Assembly: GCA_040285855.1 (NCBI GenBank)
Contig: JAUFOQ010000004.1
Span: 1,922,001-1,986,000, forward strand
Reading direction: 5' to 3'
Source of the DNA: Eukaryota sp. GEM-RC1
Lineage: Eukaryota
DNA: 64,000 bases
Shown: positions 50,412 to 61,499 of the stretch, piece after piece
Layout of the letters: the number at the start of each line of letters is the position of its first letter
Numbering within the stretch: position 1 is the stretch's first letter
Made by a program: the position numbers and the translations under genes
Notes under the pieces: generated by a model
Database searches by the model: none
What the model was told of the DNA's origin: nothing
Seen by the model: only the letters and a program-made list of their open reading frames with translations

Positions 50412-52366
50412 CTACAGATCCTCATAATCGTCAAAATCATCAGTTGCTCCTGCACCACTAGATCCTGCGTGTTTTTGCAACACTTCCGATATTGCCTTTT
50501 CAAATTCAGACTTCTTCTCTTCAAAATCTTCTGCAGTTGAAGCAGCAGCAGGATGAGAGTCCAACCAATCATTAGTTTGATCAACAATAGACTTAACTTT
50601 CTTCTTATCAGCATCAGGAATTGATGCAAATTGGCCATCTTCTTCTATTGAGTTCTTAACTGAATAAACATGTCCTTCAAACAGGTTTCTAGCTTCAACT
50701 GTTTCTCTAATCTTCTTGTCTTCATCAGCGTATAGTTTTTCCTCTTCAACCATTCGGTCAATTTCTTCTTGAGTCAATCTTCCACTACTATTTTCAATGG
50801 TGATTTGATTCTTGTTCTTGGAATCTTCATCTTCAGCGATGACGTGAAGGATGCCATTTGAATCGATATTAAATTCAACATTAATCTTGGCTTGACCACG
50901 AGGTTTAGGTGGGATTCCAGTCAAATCAAAAGAATCTAACAGATTATTATCCTTGGTCATTGCACGTTCACCTTCGAAAACCTGAATCGTAACTGATTGC
51001 TGATTGTCGGCTGCAGTCGAAAATACTTGAGATTTTCTAGTAGGAATTGGAGTATTTCTAGCAATCAACTTAGTCATTACACCACCAACAGTCTCAATTC
51101 CAAGAGTCAATGGGGTAACATCAAGAAGAACAACTGAATCAAATCCAGATTTTGAGAGGATAGCTCCTTGTACAGCAGCTCCATAGGCAACAGCTTCATC
51201 AGGGTTAACTCCTTGGGAAGGTTCACGACCATTGAAGAAGTCTTTTAACAGAGCTCTGACCTTGGGAATTCTAGTAGAACCTCCAACTAACACGATATCA
51301 TGAACTTCAGCTTTAGTAACACCAGCGTCTTTCAAAACACGTTCAACTGGCTTTAAAGTTTTTCTGAATAAATCCATGTTTAATTCCTCAAACTTGGCTC
51401 TAGTCAGAGTGTAAGAGAAGTCAATTCCATCAAATAGAGAATCAATCTCAATACGTTCACTCATCTTAGAAGACAAAGCTCTCTTTGCGTTCTCAGCTGC
51501 TCTTCTAAGCTTTTGGATTGACTTTTTGGACTTTGAAGGATCAACATTGTGTTGACGACGGAAGACCTTTAGTAGATAATCAACAACTCTGTTATCGAAA
51601 TCCTCACCTCCAAGATGAGTATCTCCAGCAGTTGCAACAACTTCAAACACACCAGCTTCAACTGACAACAACGAGACATCAAAAGTACCACCACCAAGAT
51701 CAAAGACTAGAATGTATCGTTCCTCGTCATCATTGATTGAGGAAACGCCATAGGCTAAGGAGGCTGCGGTGGGTTCATTGATGATTCTAACAACATTGAG
51801 TCCAGCGATGGTTCCAGCGTCTTTAGTTGCCTGACGTTGGAAATCAGAGAAGTAAGCGGGAACAGTAATGACGGCGTTCTTTACAGGCTGTCCGAGGTAG
51901 TCCTCAGCAGTTTGCTTCATCTTGGTCAAAACCATGGCTGAGATTTCTTCAGGGGAGTATGCTTTCTTTTCACCAGCGAGCTTGAAGCCTACGTATGGTC
52001 TGTTATCCTTGTTGACGATTTCAAAGGGAAAACGTTTCTTTTCATCTTGAACAACTTGTTCGTCGAATCGTCTTCCAATGATACGTTTGATATCGTAGAC
52101 TGTACGTTCTGCGTTGGCAGCTCCAGCGTACTTGGCTGCTTCACCAACAAGACGTTCGTCGTCCGTGAAAGAAACGTAAGTGGGTGTGATACGGTTACCG
52201 AGATCGTTGGCGATTACTTCAACCGATCCGGCTTTAGTTTTCACGGCGACACAGGAGTACGTCGTTCCAAGATCAATACCAATCACAGGCCATTCAACCT
52301 GTGACTCATCCTTTTGGCTAAGACGACAACAAGAAGTAGGAGTAAGAGTGTGAAGGGAAGTTTCAT
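50412..52366 (-). CDS. BiP: ER Hsp70 chaperone BiP/GRP78, copy 1
   Basis: Hsp70 signatures [20 protein letters not shown] and [13 protein letters not shown]-terminal YEDL. The signal peptide [17 protein letters not shown] from ATG 52366 is one base out of frame. Confidence 0.95.
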
Positions 52367-52475
52367 GAGAAGTGTGGAGATTGAAGAGAAAGGATTGACA
52401 TTTCAAATGTTGAGGTGCATTGCTGGCTCCAGCAAATCATTATGATGAACAGAATGAAAGAAGAATAATGGAGGT

Positions 52476-52486
52476 CCACGTCATCA
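52476..52486 (-). promoter_or_regulatory. UPRE-like bZIP site TGATGACGTGG in the divergent BiP/STI1 promoter
   Basis: Matches the TGACGTGG unfolded-protein-response element core, 110 bp upstream of the BiP ATG. Confidence 0.4.
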
Positions 52487-52537
52487 TTTGTCACACCTTC
52501 TTCATCATGAAGTCAGCTTTGAATTCCTATTGTCATC

Positions 52538-54214
52538 ATGTCTTTTACGGATCTTAAAGCACAAGGAAATACCGCCTTCAAGGCTAAAAGCTACGAAGAT
52601 GCAATCAACTACTACACTCAGGCACTTGAGGTTCAAGAGGCCAAGGAAGTTTACTCAAATCGTGCAGCTGCATACATCAATCTTAATCAATTCCAAGATG
52701 CTCTAAAGGACGCTGAATCCGCTATTCGAGTAGATCCATCATTTCCTAAAGGTTATCTTCGCAAGAGTACTGCCCTATCTTCTCTAGGTAAAGTCAATGA
52801 AGCTAAAGAAACTCTCCAAGAAGGTCTTTCACATTGTTCTGGTAACGATGCTCTCCAACAGGCTTTGTCTCAACTTGAACAACAGTCTGCTGCTCCACAA
52901 GGTCAAGGCATGCCCGATATGGCTTCTCTCTTTGGAAACATGTTCTCTCCTCAAAACATTGCCGCTGTTATGGCCGATCCACAAGTCAAACCCCTACTTA
53001 ACGACCCCTCTTTCCTCCAAAAACTATCTCAACTCCAAACTAATCCCAACTCGTTTGCCCAATACTTAGAAGATCCCGCAATCCAAACCTTTATGACTGC
53101 TCTGATCTCCAAGATGCCAGGTATGGATGGTATGCAGGCTCCACCTCCTCAACCTCCTACTACTCAACCAACTCAACCTCCGAAGCCAGCTGAACCAAAG
53201 AAGGAAGAGGAAAAGAAAGGACCTGAGGAAGGAACCCCTGAATGGTATTTTGAGCAGGAAAAGTCTAAGGGAATCGAATGTTATAAGAAGCGTCAATTTG
53301 ATGAAGCTGCTCTTCATTTCACCAAGGCCCTCGAACATTTACCAAATGATGTATTAATTAGATTGAATCTTGCTTCAGTTGCTCTTGAAAAGGGCGCTCT
53401 GGAAGACTGCCTACGTATCTGTGACGAAGCATTGGAGAAAGCCAAGGAAACTGAACAATTTGGTTTAGTTTGGAAATGTTATTTTAAGAAAGCCAATGCT
53501 CTCTCGAGGTTTGAACGCTTCCCTGAAGCAATTGAAATGTATGAAAAGACTTTGACAGAAAAACGTGATCGTGACGTGTCATTGAAACTACGTGATACTA
53601 AGAAGAAATATCAAGAATGGAAACAGAAACAGCTCATTAATCCTGAGAAGTCTGCAGAAGTCAAATTAGAAGCTAATGAGTTCTTTAAACAAGGAAAATG
53701 GACTGAAGCCATCGACAAGTATTCAGATGCTATCAAATACAATCCAGAAGATCACACTCTCTACTCAAATAGAGCAGCTGCCTTTATCAAAATAATGCAG
53801 TGGGATTTAGCTTTAAAGGACTGTGATAAGACTTTAGAGCTAGCTCCTGATTTCATTAGAGCTTATCTTCGAAGAGCTCAGATTAACTTCTTTTTAAAGA
53901 GATATCATCGCTGTATTGAGGATTATGAACGTGTGCTGCATTTGGACAATGCAAATGCTGATGCAATCACTGGACTTCAGCAAACCCAGTCTGCAGTCTA
54001 TGAAAGACAACGTCAACCACCAGACCAAGCTGAAATTGCAAAGATTCTTGAAGAAGACTCGGAGATTAGAAAGATTTTTGAAGATCCTGCACTTCAACAG
54101 ATCTTACAGCAGATTCAAGATAATCCTTCTGCTTTACAGAAGCATATGGAGAACCCTGGATTTAAGGAAAGAATTCAGAAACTTGTACAAGCTGGTGTAC
54201 TAAGAATGGCATAG
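52538..54214 (+). CDS. STI1: Hsp70/Hsp90 organising protein STI1/HOP
   Basis: TPR1-DP1-TPR2A-TPR2B-DP2 layout: KAQGN.AF, YSNRAAAY, DP repeats, C-terminal IQKLVQAGVL. Confidence 0.95.
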   Translation: MSFTDLKAQGNTAFKAKSYEDAINYYTQALEVQEAKEVYSNRAAAYINLNQFQDALKDAESAIRVDPSFPKGYLRKSTALSSLGKVNEAKETLQEGLSHCSGNDALQQALSQLEQQSAAPQGQGMPDMASLFGNMFSPQNIAAVMADPQVKPLLNDPSFLQKLSQLQTNPNSFAQYLEDPAIQTFMTALISKMPGMDGMQAPPPQPPTTQPTQPPKPAEPKKEEEKKGPEEGTPEWYFEQEKSKGIECYKKRQFDEAALHFTKALEHLPNDVLIRLNLASVALEKGALEDCLRICDEALEKAKETEQFGLVWKCYFKKANALSRFERFPEAIEMYEKTLTEKRDRDVSLKLRDTKKKYQEWKQKQLINPEKSAEVKLEANEFFKQGKWTEAIDKYSDAIKYNPEDHTLYSNRAAAFIKIMQWDLALKDCDKTLELAPDFIRAYLRRAQINFFLKRYHRCIEDYERVLHLDNANADAITGLQQTQSAVYERQRQPPDQAEIAKILEEDSEIRKIFEDPALQQILQQIQDNPSALQKHMENPGFKERIQKLVQAGVLRMA

Positions 54215-54539
54215 GTTTGGTGTTGAGTTTTGTTTTATTTATAAACACTAAATTTAATGTATTCGGGTTCATGATTATAAAAATATAGAGTACATGTACA
54301 AGAAAAACACCGTCTCATAAAAAATCCTTCAATAATAAATTCATCTCCTTTTTGCTGGAATGAAAGATTTACAGAACTTCATGTATTACTAATACAAACG
54401 TGCCTAAACCAATATAGACTGTATCACAATGCTTAAATATTTTAAGTTAAAACCATATGGAAGAACTCATTTGCTGGAGCCAGCAATGCACCTCAACATT
54501 TGAAATGTCAATCCTTTCTCTTCAATCTCCACACTTCCC

Positions 54540-56495
54540 ATGAAACTTCCCTTCACATTATTACTCCTACTTCTTGTTGTCGTCTTAGCCAAAAGGATGA
54601 GTCACAGGTTGAATGGCCTGTGATTGGTATTGATCTTGGAACGACGTACTCTTGTGTCGCCGTGAAAACTAAAGCCGGATCCGTTGAAGTAATCGCCAAC
54701 GATCTCGGTAACCGTATCACACCCACCTACGTTTCTTTCACGGACGACGAACGTCTTGTTGGTGAAGCAGCCAAGTACGCTGGAGCTGCCAACGCAGAAC
54801 GTACAGTCTACGATATCAAACGTATCATTGGAAGACGATTCGACGAACAAGTTGTTCAAGATGAAAAGAAACGTTTTCCCTTTGAAATCGTCAACAAGGA
54901 TAACAGACCATACGTAGGCTTCAAGCTCGCTGGTGAAAAGAAAGCATACTCCCCTGAAGAAATCTCAGCCATGGTTTTGACCAAGATGAAGCAAACTGCT
55001 GAGGACTACCTCGGACAGCCTGTAAAGAACGCCGTCATTACTGTTCCCGCTTACTTCTCTGATTTCCAACGTCAGGCAACTAAAGACGCTGGAACCATCG
55101 CTGGACTCAATGTTGTTAGAATCATCAATGAACCCACCGCAGCCTCCTTAGCCTATGGCGTTTCCTCAATCAATGATGACGAGGAACGATACATTCTAGT
55201 CTTTGATCTTGGTGGTGGTACTTTTGATGTCTCGTTGTTGTCAGTTGAAGCTGGTGTGTTTGAAGTTGTTGCAACTGCCGGAGATACTCATCTTGGAGGT
55301 GAGGATTTCGATAACAGAGTTGTTGATTATCTACTAAAGGTCTTCCGTCGTCAACACAATGTTGATCCTTCAAAGTCCAAAAAGTCAATCCAAAAGCTTA
55401 GAAGAGCAGCTGAGAACGCAAAGAGAGCTTTGTCTTCTAAGATGAGTGAACGTATTGAGATTGATTCTCTGTTTGATGGAATTGACTTCTCTTACACTCT
55501 CACTAGAGCCAAGTTTGAGGAATTAAACATGGATTTATTCAGAAAAACTTTAAAGCCAGTTGAACGTGTTTTGAAAGACGCTGGTGTTACTAAAGCTGAA
55601 GTTCATGATATCGTGTTAGTTGGAGGTTCTACTAGAATTCCCAAGGTCAGAGCTCTGTTAAAAGACTTCTTCAATGGTCGTGAACCTTCCCAAGGAGTTA
55701 ACCCTGATGAAGCTGTTGCCTATGGAGCTGCTGTTCAAGGAGCTATTCTATCAAAATCTGGATTTGATTCAGTTGTTCTTCTTGATGTTACCCCATTGAC
55801 TCTTGGAATTGAGACTGTTGGTGGTGTAATGACTAAGTTGATTGCTAGAAATACGCCTATTCCTACTAGAAAATCTCAAGTGTTTTCGACTGCAGCTGAC
55901 AATCAGCAATCAGTTACGATTCAGGTTTTCGAAGGTGAACGTGCAATGACCAAGGATAATAACCTGTTAGATTCTTTTGATTTGACTGGAATTCCACCTA
56001 AACCTCGTGGTCAAGCCAAGATTAATGTTGAATTTAATATCGATTCAAATGGTATTTTACACGTCATCGCTGAAGACGAAGACTCTAAGAACAAGAATCA
56101 AATTACCATTGAAAATAGTAGTGGAAGGTTGACTCAAGAAGAAATTGACCGAATGGTTGAAGAAGAAAAAACTATACGCTGATGAGGACAAAAAGATTAG
56201 AGAAACAGTTGAAGCAAGAAACGCGTTTGAAGGACATGTTTATTCAGTTAAGAATTCAATAGAAGAAGATGGCCAATTTGCATCTATTCCTGATGCTGAT
56301 AAGAAGAAAGTTAAGTCTATTGTTGACGAAACTAATGATTGGTTGGATTCTCATCCTGCTGCTGCTTCAACTGCTGAAGATTTTGAAGAGAAGAAGTCTG
56401 AATTTGAAAAGGCAATATCGGAAGTGTTGCAAAAACACGCAGGATCTAGTGGTGCAGGAGCAACTGATGATTTTGACGATTATGAGGATCTGTAG
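54540..56495 (+). CDS. BiP: ER Hsp70 chaperone BiP/GRP78, copy 2
   Basis: Near-identical to copy 1, with the same out-of-frame signal peptide. An extra A in the A-run at 56166-56171 splits the ORF (likely assembly error). Ends YEDL. Confidence 0.92.
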
Positions 56496-56564
56496 TTTGT
56501 TTATAAAGTTATTTCTTGTATCATTGCTCACAAATTCTACAGTTATAACAGCATGTATATGGAG

Positions 56565-57161
56565 TAGGACTGTGCAGATTTGAGTTTCAAAAAATGGGTT
56601 TAGGTTCCGCGAGGTTTTTAAGTTTTAGGTTTAGGTTCAAACCTAGTAAACCCGATATGTATTATGAAATAGAAATACACTGTAGTTTAGTGGAACATTG
56701 TCAAAATAAAATTGTTCTTACGGTAGTACTATATAAGCTTTACTATTAATGCTCGGGTATCCCAAACAACTACTAGTGGTGTTACTTTTCTTTTCAAAAA
56801 ATCTTCTCCAATCCTTAAGACTGACAAGTGCTTGGATACTTTCATCAGACAGAGAAGCTCTATCTTCTGTAACTGTGCGTCCAGCAGAAGAAACAACTTG
56901 TTCGCAACAAACAAAAGTTGCTTGGATACCGAGTTCTCGTCAATGGAAGCGTTCAGATCGTTCATATATAATGTAAGAGTCAAATGGTTATTGAAATTAA
57001 ATGTGTTTCATTTTCCTACAGTTCTGAGGCTAAAGGTTTAGGCTTGGTTTTATTGAAAATGGTTTAGGTTTGGTTTGGTTTTATTAAAAAGGTTTAAGTT
57101 CAGCTAGGTTTAGTAAAAAGAGGTTTGGTTTGAAACCTAAACCCGAACCTGCACAGTCCTA
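56565..57161 (-). mobile_element. 597-bp internally deleted hAT element
   Basis: Perfect 13-bp TIR TAGGACTGTGCAG; 8-bp TSD ATATGGAG (56557-56564, 57162-57169); empty site in the left arm near 50356. Minus strand encodes LGIQATFVCCEQVVSSAGRTVTEDRASLSDESIQALVSLKDW (hAT dimerization domain). GGTTT subterminal repeats. Confidence 0.95.
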
Positions 57162-58169
57162 ATATGGAGCTTCAATTATAGCCGGAAACAAAGTCATATT
57201 TAAAGATTGACTACAAATTAGACTACTACAATGTAGTATGTATAAATACATACTTTACTATTGATATTTAAGTCAAGAATTTCTAAAGAAGAGTTCAATC
57301 ACAGAGAAACTTGAAATAAAATACTAAAGCAGAGGATCAAGTTTCAATATGCAAATTGTGGGAGTGTTTCAAGATATGCTTTCGAAAAGGAGTTAAAGCC
57401 ATTCATTAACGCTTCTGATAACTGCTAAATCTGATAAAATACAAAACAGACTGGGAGTCCCAGAATTCATATAACATAATGAATGATTAATAAGGACTTT
57501 CCAGATCGATCATTCACTGTTCAATGCATATGATGTGGTATTTTAAATTAACAATTTGTAATGGGTTTTTTGTTTAAAATACATGTATATTAGTAGTGTC
57601 AAGTAATAGAAAGCGTAACGACGCATAATGACGTAACGAGACCTCACATCACGTTGACGTAGATGTTTACCAAGTCATGACTCGTCACGACGCGTTAAGA
57701 CGGCATCCCCCACTTATTCATCACATTCGTTTTCTTGACTACTACTTGTTTGCCGTAGATTTTTTAATGTTACATACATTTCAAATATTTTAATATATTA
57801 ATCAGTGTCGGCTCAAATAGATTAAAGTACAGTTTTGGCACAAATTCGTAACTTTTTATTTCCATCAAATTATGTTCCTTCGAATTTATTCCAGTGATAT
57901 TCTTGTATTGTCGTTGTTTTAGTAGAGGAATCCGTACGTCTTCAACCCTAAGAACTGGTGTTTAAGAAGTATCAAAGCTACGTACAAAATAAAAATTATA
58001 CGATATACGTCGTTGGAATGTATCAACTAACTCACACGATTTAATCACAATTCAGAAAATGTTTCACCAATTTTTTTTAATTTAATAGACAGTTTTTTCT
58101 TAAACAACACCATTTTCTATCATACATCTTAATGATTGTTTTGCGGCAGAAAAACTGCCGATTCAGAAT

Positions 58170-59480
58170 TTCAGAAGGGGCTGAAGTTAGGAAAACAATA
58201 CACAGTCCAATTTCATCATGAGCACTACTACTAAGATTTACCTTTTTCAAAGATGAGTGTGACTGAAAAACATTGTTGTGTCTGTATAAATCAGCATCAA
58301 AGATATTTAATTGTAGCAATAATAATTTCGTTCACTGCCGCTATAACTGTCGGTAGCAAATGGATGATAACGGGGATTTATTTTAGATATTTGAATGTCA
58401 TTAAAGTCTACAGAAGTCAGTTATTGAACTGGATTAAATCACACAAAGCATTGAACCCTCCGTCGATAAACCCACATTGTTTAAGAGTAAGCTCTTTGAG
58501 ATTAAAAGTTTCCAAAAGAGAGTGAAGATATGAAACTTCTTCACCAGTTATTGTGGCAAAATGTTCTGGGTAACAACAAAACACTCCATTTTCAACATCA
58601 ATGATATGATGAGAAATTTCAATACACACAACTGATTTGTAAAGGGAAGAAATTTCATATAAAGCAGAAAGTTCATCCAAGAAATGACGGTTCCATCCAC
58701 GACATCCAACACGTTTTATACAAGTAATTGAGTTTAAAGCACTCAGTAGTGAACTCCAAATGAGAATTGGCCTGCAGTGCACCGATTTTGTAGAAATCAG
58801 AGAGTACATAATAAGAATAGTGATTAGGATCAACATACTATAATAGATTTTGCTTGGACATACATATGAAACTGAAATCAATAGCGGTCAGTATTAACCT
58901 CAATTATATCGTACCAATCAGTCAATAATTCAGTAATAAAACCAAACTGTCTAAGAGAATGTTCGAGTGAATCATTGTGAGGAAATCAATATTTTTCAGA
59001 CTATAAATTTTAAAAAGTGGTAGGGGCACACCCGAATTTTGAATACCAAGACGGGATAAATCAAATTTTCCAAACACGGTATTATTCGAAATCGCAGCAA
59101 AGAAAGTCATAGATTCTTCATCTCTAAGTTTTCAGAAAGTGAAGATGAATCAGCACAAGAAAGGACTGTTGGAAATGTAAGCGAATAGAAGGAGAAGCTG
59201 AGGATGTTCTTGAGCTAGGTTTTGGAGAATAGCTACCAAAGGAACGTCCACAACCCGTCAGTTCTTTAGACATCCACATCTGACGAATGACTCCATGGAA
59301 TTCCCACATTCATGGGGTGAGGGATATTTGTAGTGAATGATAAGTGATATAAGGGGATCAGCGTAAGAATATTTATAGAGACAGCGGATCAACAGTTTCG
59401 GAGGTAGCATACAGGATAATTTGACAAAGAAACAAATAGAAACATAGATCAACGTCGTCAATTAAACGAGGAGAGCGCAT
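58170..59480 (-). pseudogene. Decayed LRR gene of the same family as 44590-46332
   Basis: HIIDVENGVF.......TGEEVSYL....NLKELTLKQCGF...GF.ALCDLIQ.N matches the segment at 45870-46060; multiple stops and frameshifts. Confidence 0.65.
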
Positions 59481-59683
59481 GCAAATGACTTGATTCTGAA
59501 GTTTGAAATTACATTAGGTCTAGATTCACTTTTTCTGTTGATCTAAACACAGACCAAATATAATGAATTATACAGAGGGCAGAGGCAGTTGCACCACTCA
59601 ACTTAATGAATCAAATGTCTTTAGCTGTGGTTTTTTGAACTTGAAACACAAGTACCTTTAAAACTTCCAAGAAATTCAGTATA

Positions 59684-61499
59684 AGAAGAGTTTATTTGCA
59701 ACAATAGATATTTTTTGCATATCTTCTTTTTTAGGGGGCGAAAAAAATTTCACCTTTGAATTTGTTAATCGATTTTCTAATGATATTTCCCTTATTAACC
59801 CCAATTCATGTAAATATTTATTTGACTTAAACGAAGCGTTAATCAAATTACCTTTTGACGTTTGATCTGAATGTTTCCCAGAATCTGTGTCTGAAATACC
59901 TGAAAGATCTTTGACTAATCCTCAGTTCTGTCTGAAAAAATTACAACAACACTCACAATATTTTTGAAAGCTTGATTATAATGTTCCACTTGGCATGTAC
60001 AAGGAAAAAAATCCCGCATTTGCAAATTTCTTAATAGACGTTTGTTATAGCTCTGCTTCATGTCTGATTACTCAAATCCCTCAAGTTTACGGTCCTCTTC
60101 TTGATGATGACTCATCGTCATTAAACATGCGTTGACGGTCATATATTTGGCCTGATAACCTTCCACATAATTTGAAATGCCAATGTGGGCAATCTGTAAC
60201 ACCTACACATTTATTGAATTGTAACCGTTTTATTTTTTTTTAGAAGTAAGGTTCATGATTCAGTAAGGGATCAATTATATTGTATGTGTAAATCTTATGG
60301 AATAGTTTCCTTTTTAGAACCAGTTCTGGCTGGTTTTTTTGATGATACAGATGCTGACAAATCGTTTGGAAATAGCCTTGGTGATGTCATTTTTCCTGGT
60401 CTTGATTCATTATTGCTGATGTTACGTCTATCGATGTTTGTAATGATTCCAACAAGAAACTTGCTAAATCTTATGCTAAAAACCCCTTGTTGATTGGTGA
60501 AAAATTTAAAATGCAAAAATATTGTGCTAAATTGAAATTATTGAATTCGGCTTCTCACTCGAATTACTTGTTGTACCCTTTTGTATTTTTTATTTTCACT
60601 GTACGGTTCATTAGGTGAATCTGCAACATCATTACTTGAAATCTTTGTGAAGATTGTAAAGAAAAAACATCTAAGACTTTAGATCTTAGATTTTGGAAAA
60701 ATGGAATCCTGTTGGCTATCTTAAGAGGTATGGTGACTTCTGTATCTAGTGCTTTATTATCTCTTGGCAGACATTATGAAGATAAGGTAGGTGAAAATTT
60801 CCAGTTAGGCAATCTGGACTTTGAGAATATTGATTATTAGATGTATGTACACTGTAGTGTTGTTGTGAATAAAAACACGATAATAAAAAAAAGAAAAACA
60901 ATAGGTTAATACATACTAATTCAGACAATGAAAGAAGTTAAATTCTCCACATCAACACGAGAATTGTCCCTATACAACTTCGAATAAATGGAACATAAAT
61001 ACTTGGAAATGCTTCTATAGAGAGCGAACGTAATTTGGTTAATCAATAAAGCGCTATTAAACACCTTGCCATTAGAACGACATAAAAGACTAAAATCACT
61101 GAAAAACTTTAAACCGGCTGGATCATTATTACCAAAAATTGAAATTGCAAATGGAACAAATGAAAACTTAGAATATAGATTTTCATCAAGCTTCTGCCAA
61201 GCATCCGCATAATTTGAACACTTTCGCTGTTCAGCCTTTTCCAGATGACCATTCGAATCATTCAATATGGAGTCTCGGTAGACTTTTGCAAACGGGTCAA
61301 CTGTAGTAAAAACAACCACAACTTGAGATGAATCCAGGAAAGGAGCAATTAAGTCACCACGCTGAGAATCAAACACGTTATTGTCACTATAATGTTTCAA
61401 AAGAGGTTCAATTTTACAACTATAATTGTAGGATTAGAACATTTCATAAGTGACGTCGCGAACAGATCGAACAGATCGAAATTGCAAAAATTTCTTGCA
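59684..61499 (-). mobile_element. 5'-truncated RLE non-LTR retrotransposon, family A, split by a nested insertion
   Basis: ORF 60921-61400 is near-identical to the other copies. Its 3' tail is displaced to 59684-59707. 15-bp TSD AAGAAATTCAGTATA at 59669-59683 and 61500-61514. Confidence 0.9.
59708..60896 (+). mobile_element. 5'-truncated RLE non-LTR retrotransposon, family B, nested in the family A copy
   Basis: Decayed ORF with CQC.....H...C, HDSVRD, EP, GD, DVTS.D, E..K..KY and PF...GSLG; A-rich tail; 8-bp TSD AACAATAG at 59700-59707 and 60897-60904. Confidence 0.88.

Larger units (their letters stand above)
48950..52437 (-). repeat. Left arm of an inverted segmental duplication (BiP plus about 1.4 kb of 3' flank)
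   Basis: Reverse complement aligns with 54469-58170; outer boundary approximate. Confidence 0.9.
54469..58170 (+). repeat. Right arm of the inverted segmental duplication
   Basis: Homology begins at ATTTGCTGGAGCCAGCAATG and continues through BiP and the 3' flank; outer boundary approximate. Confidence 0.9.

Noticed and set aside
50334..55388. Short antisense and overlapping ORFs across BiP and STI1
   Set aside because: Shadow ORFs of conserved genes with no independent motifs.
56145..56495. Separate small gene or true truncation of BiP copy 2
   Set aside because: Caused by one extra A in a homopolymer; the downstream frame is conserved with copy 1.
56590..57150. Telomere-like GGTTTA repeats
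   Set aside because: Irregular and confined to the subtermini of a hAT element.
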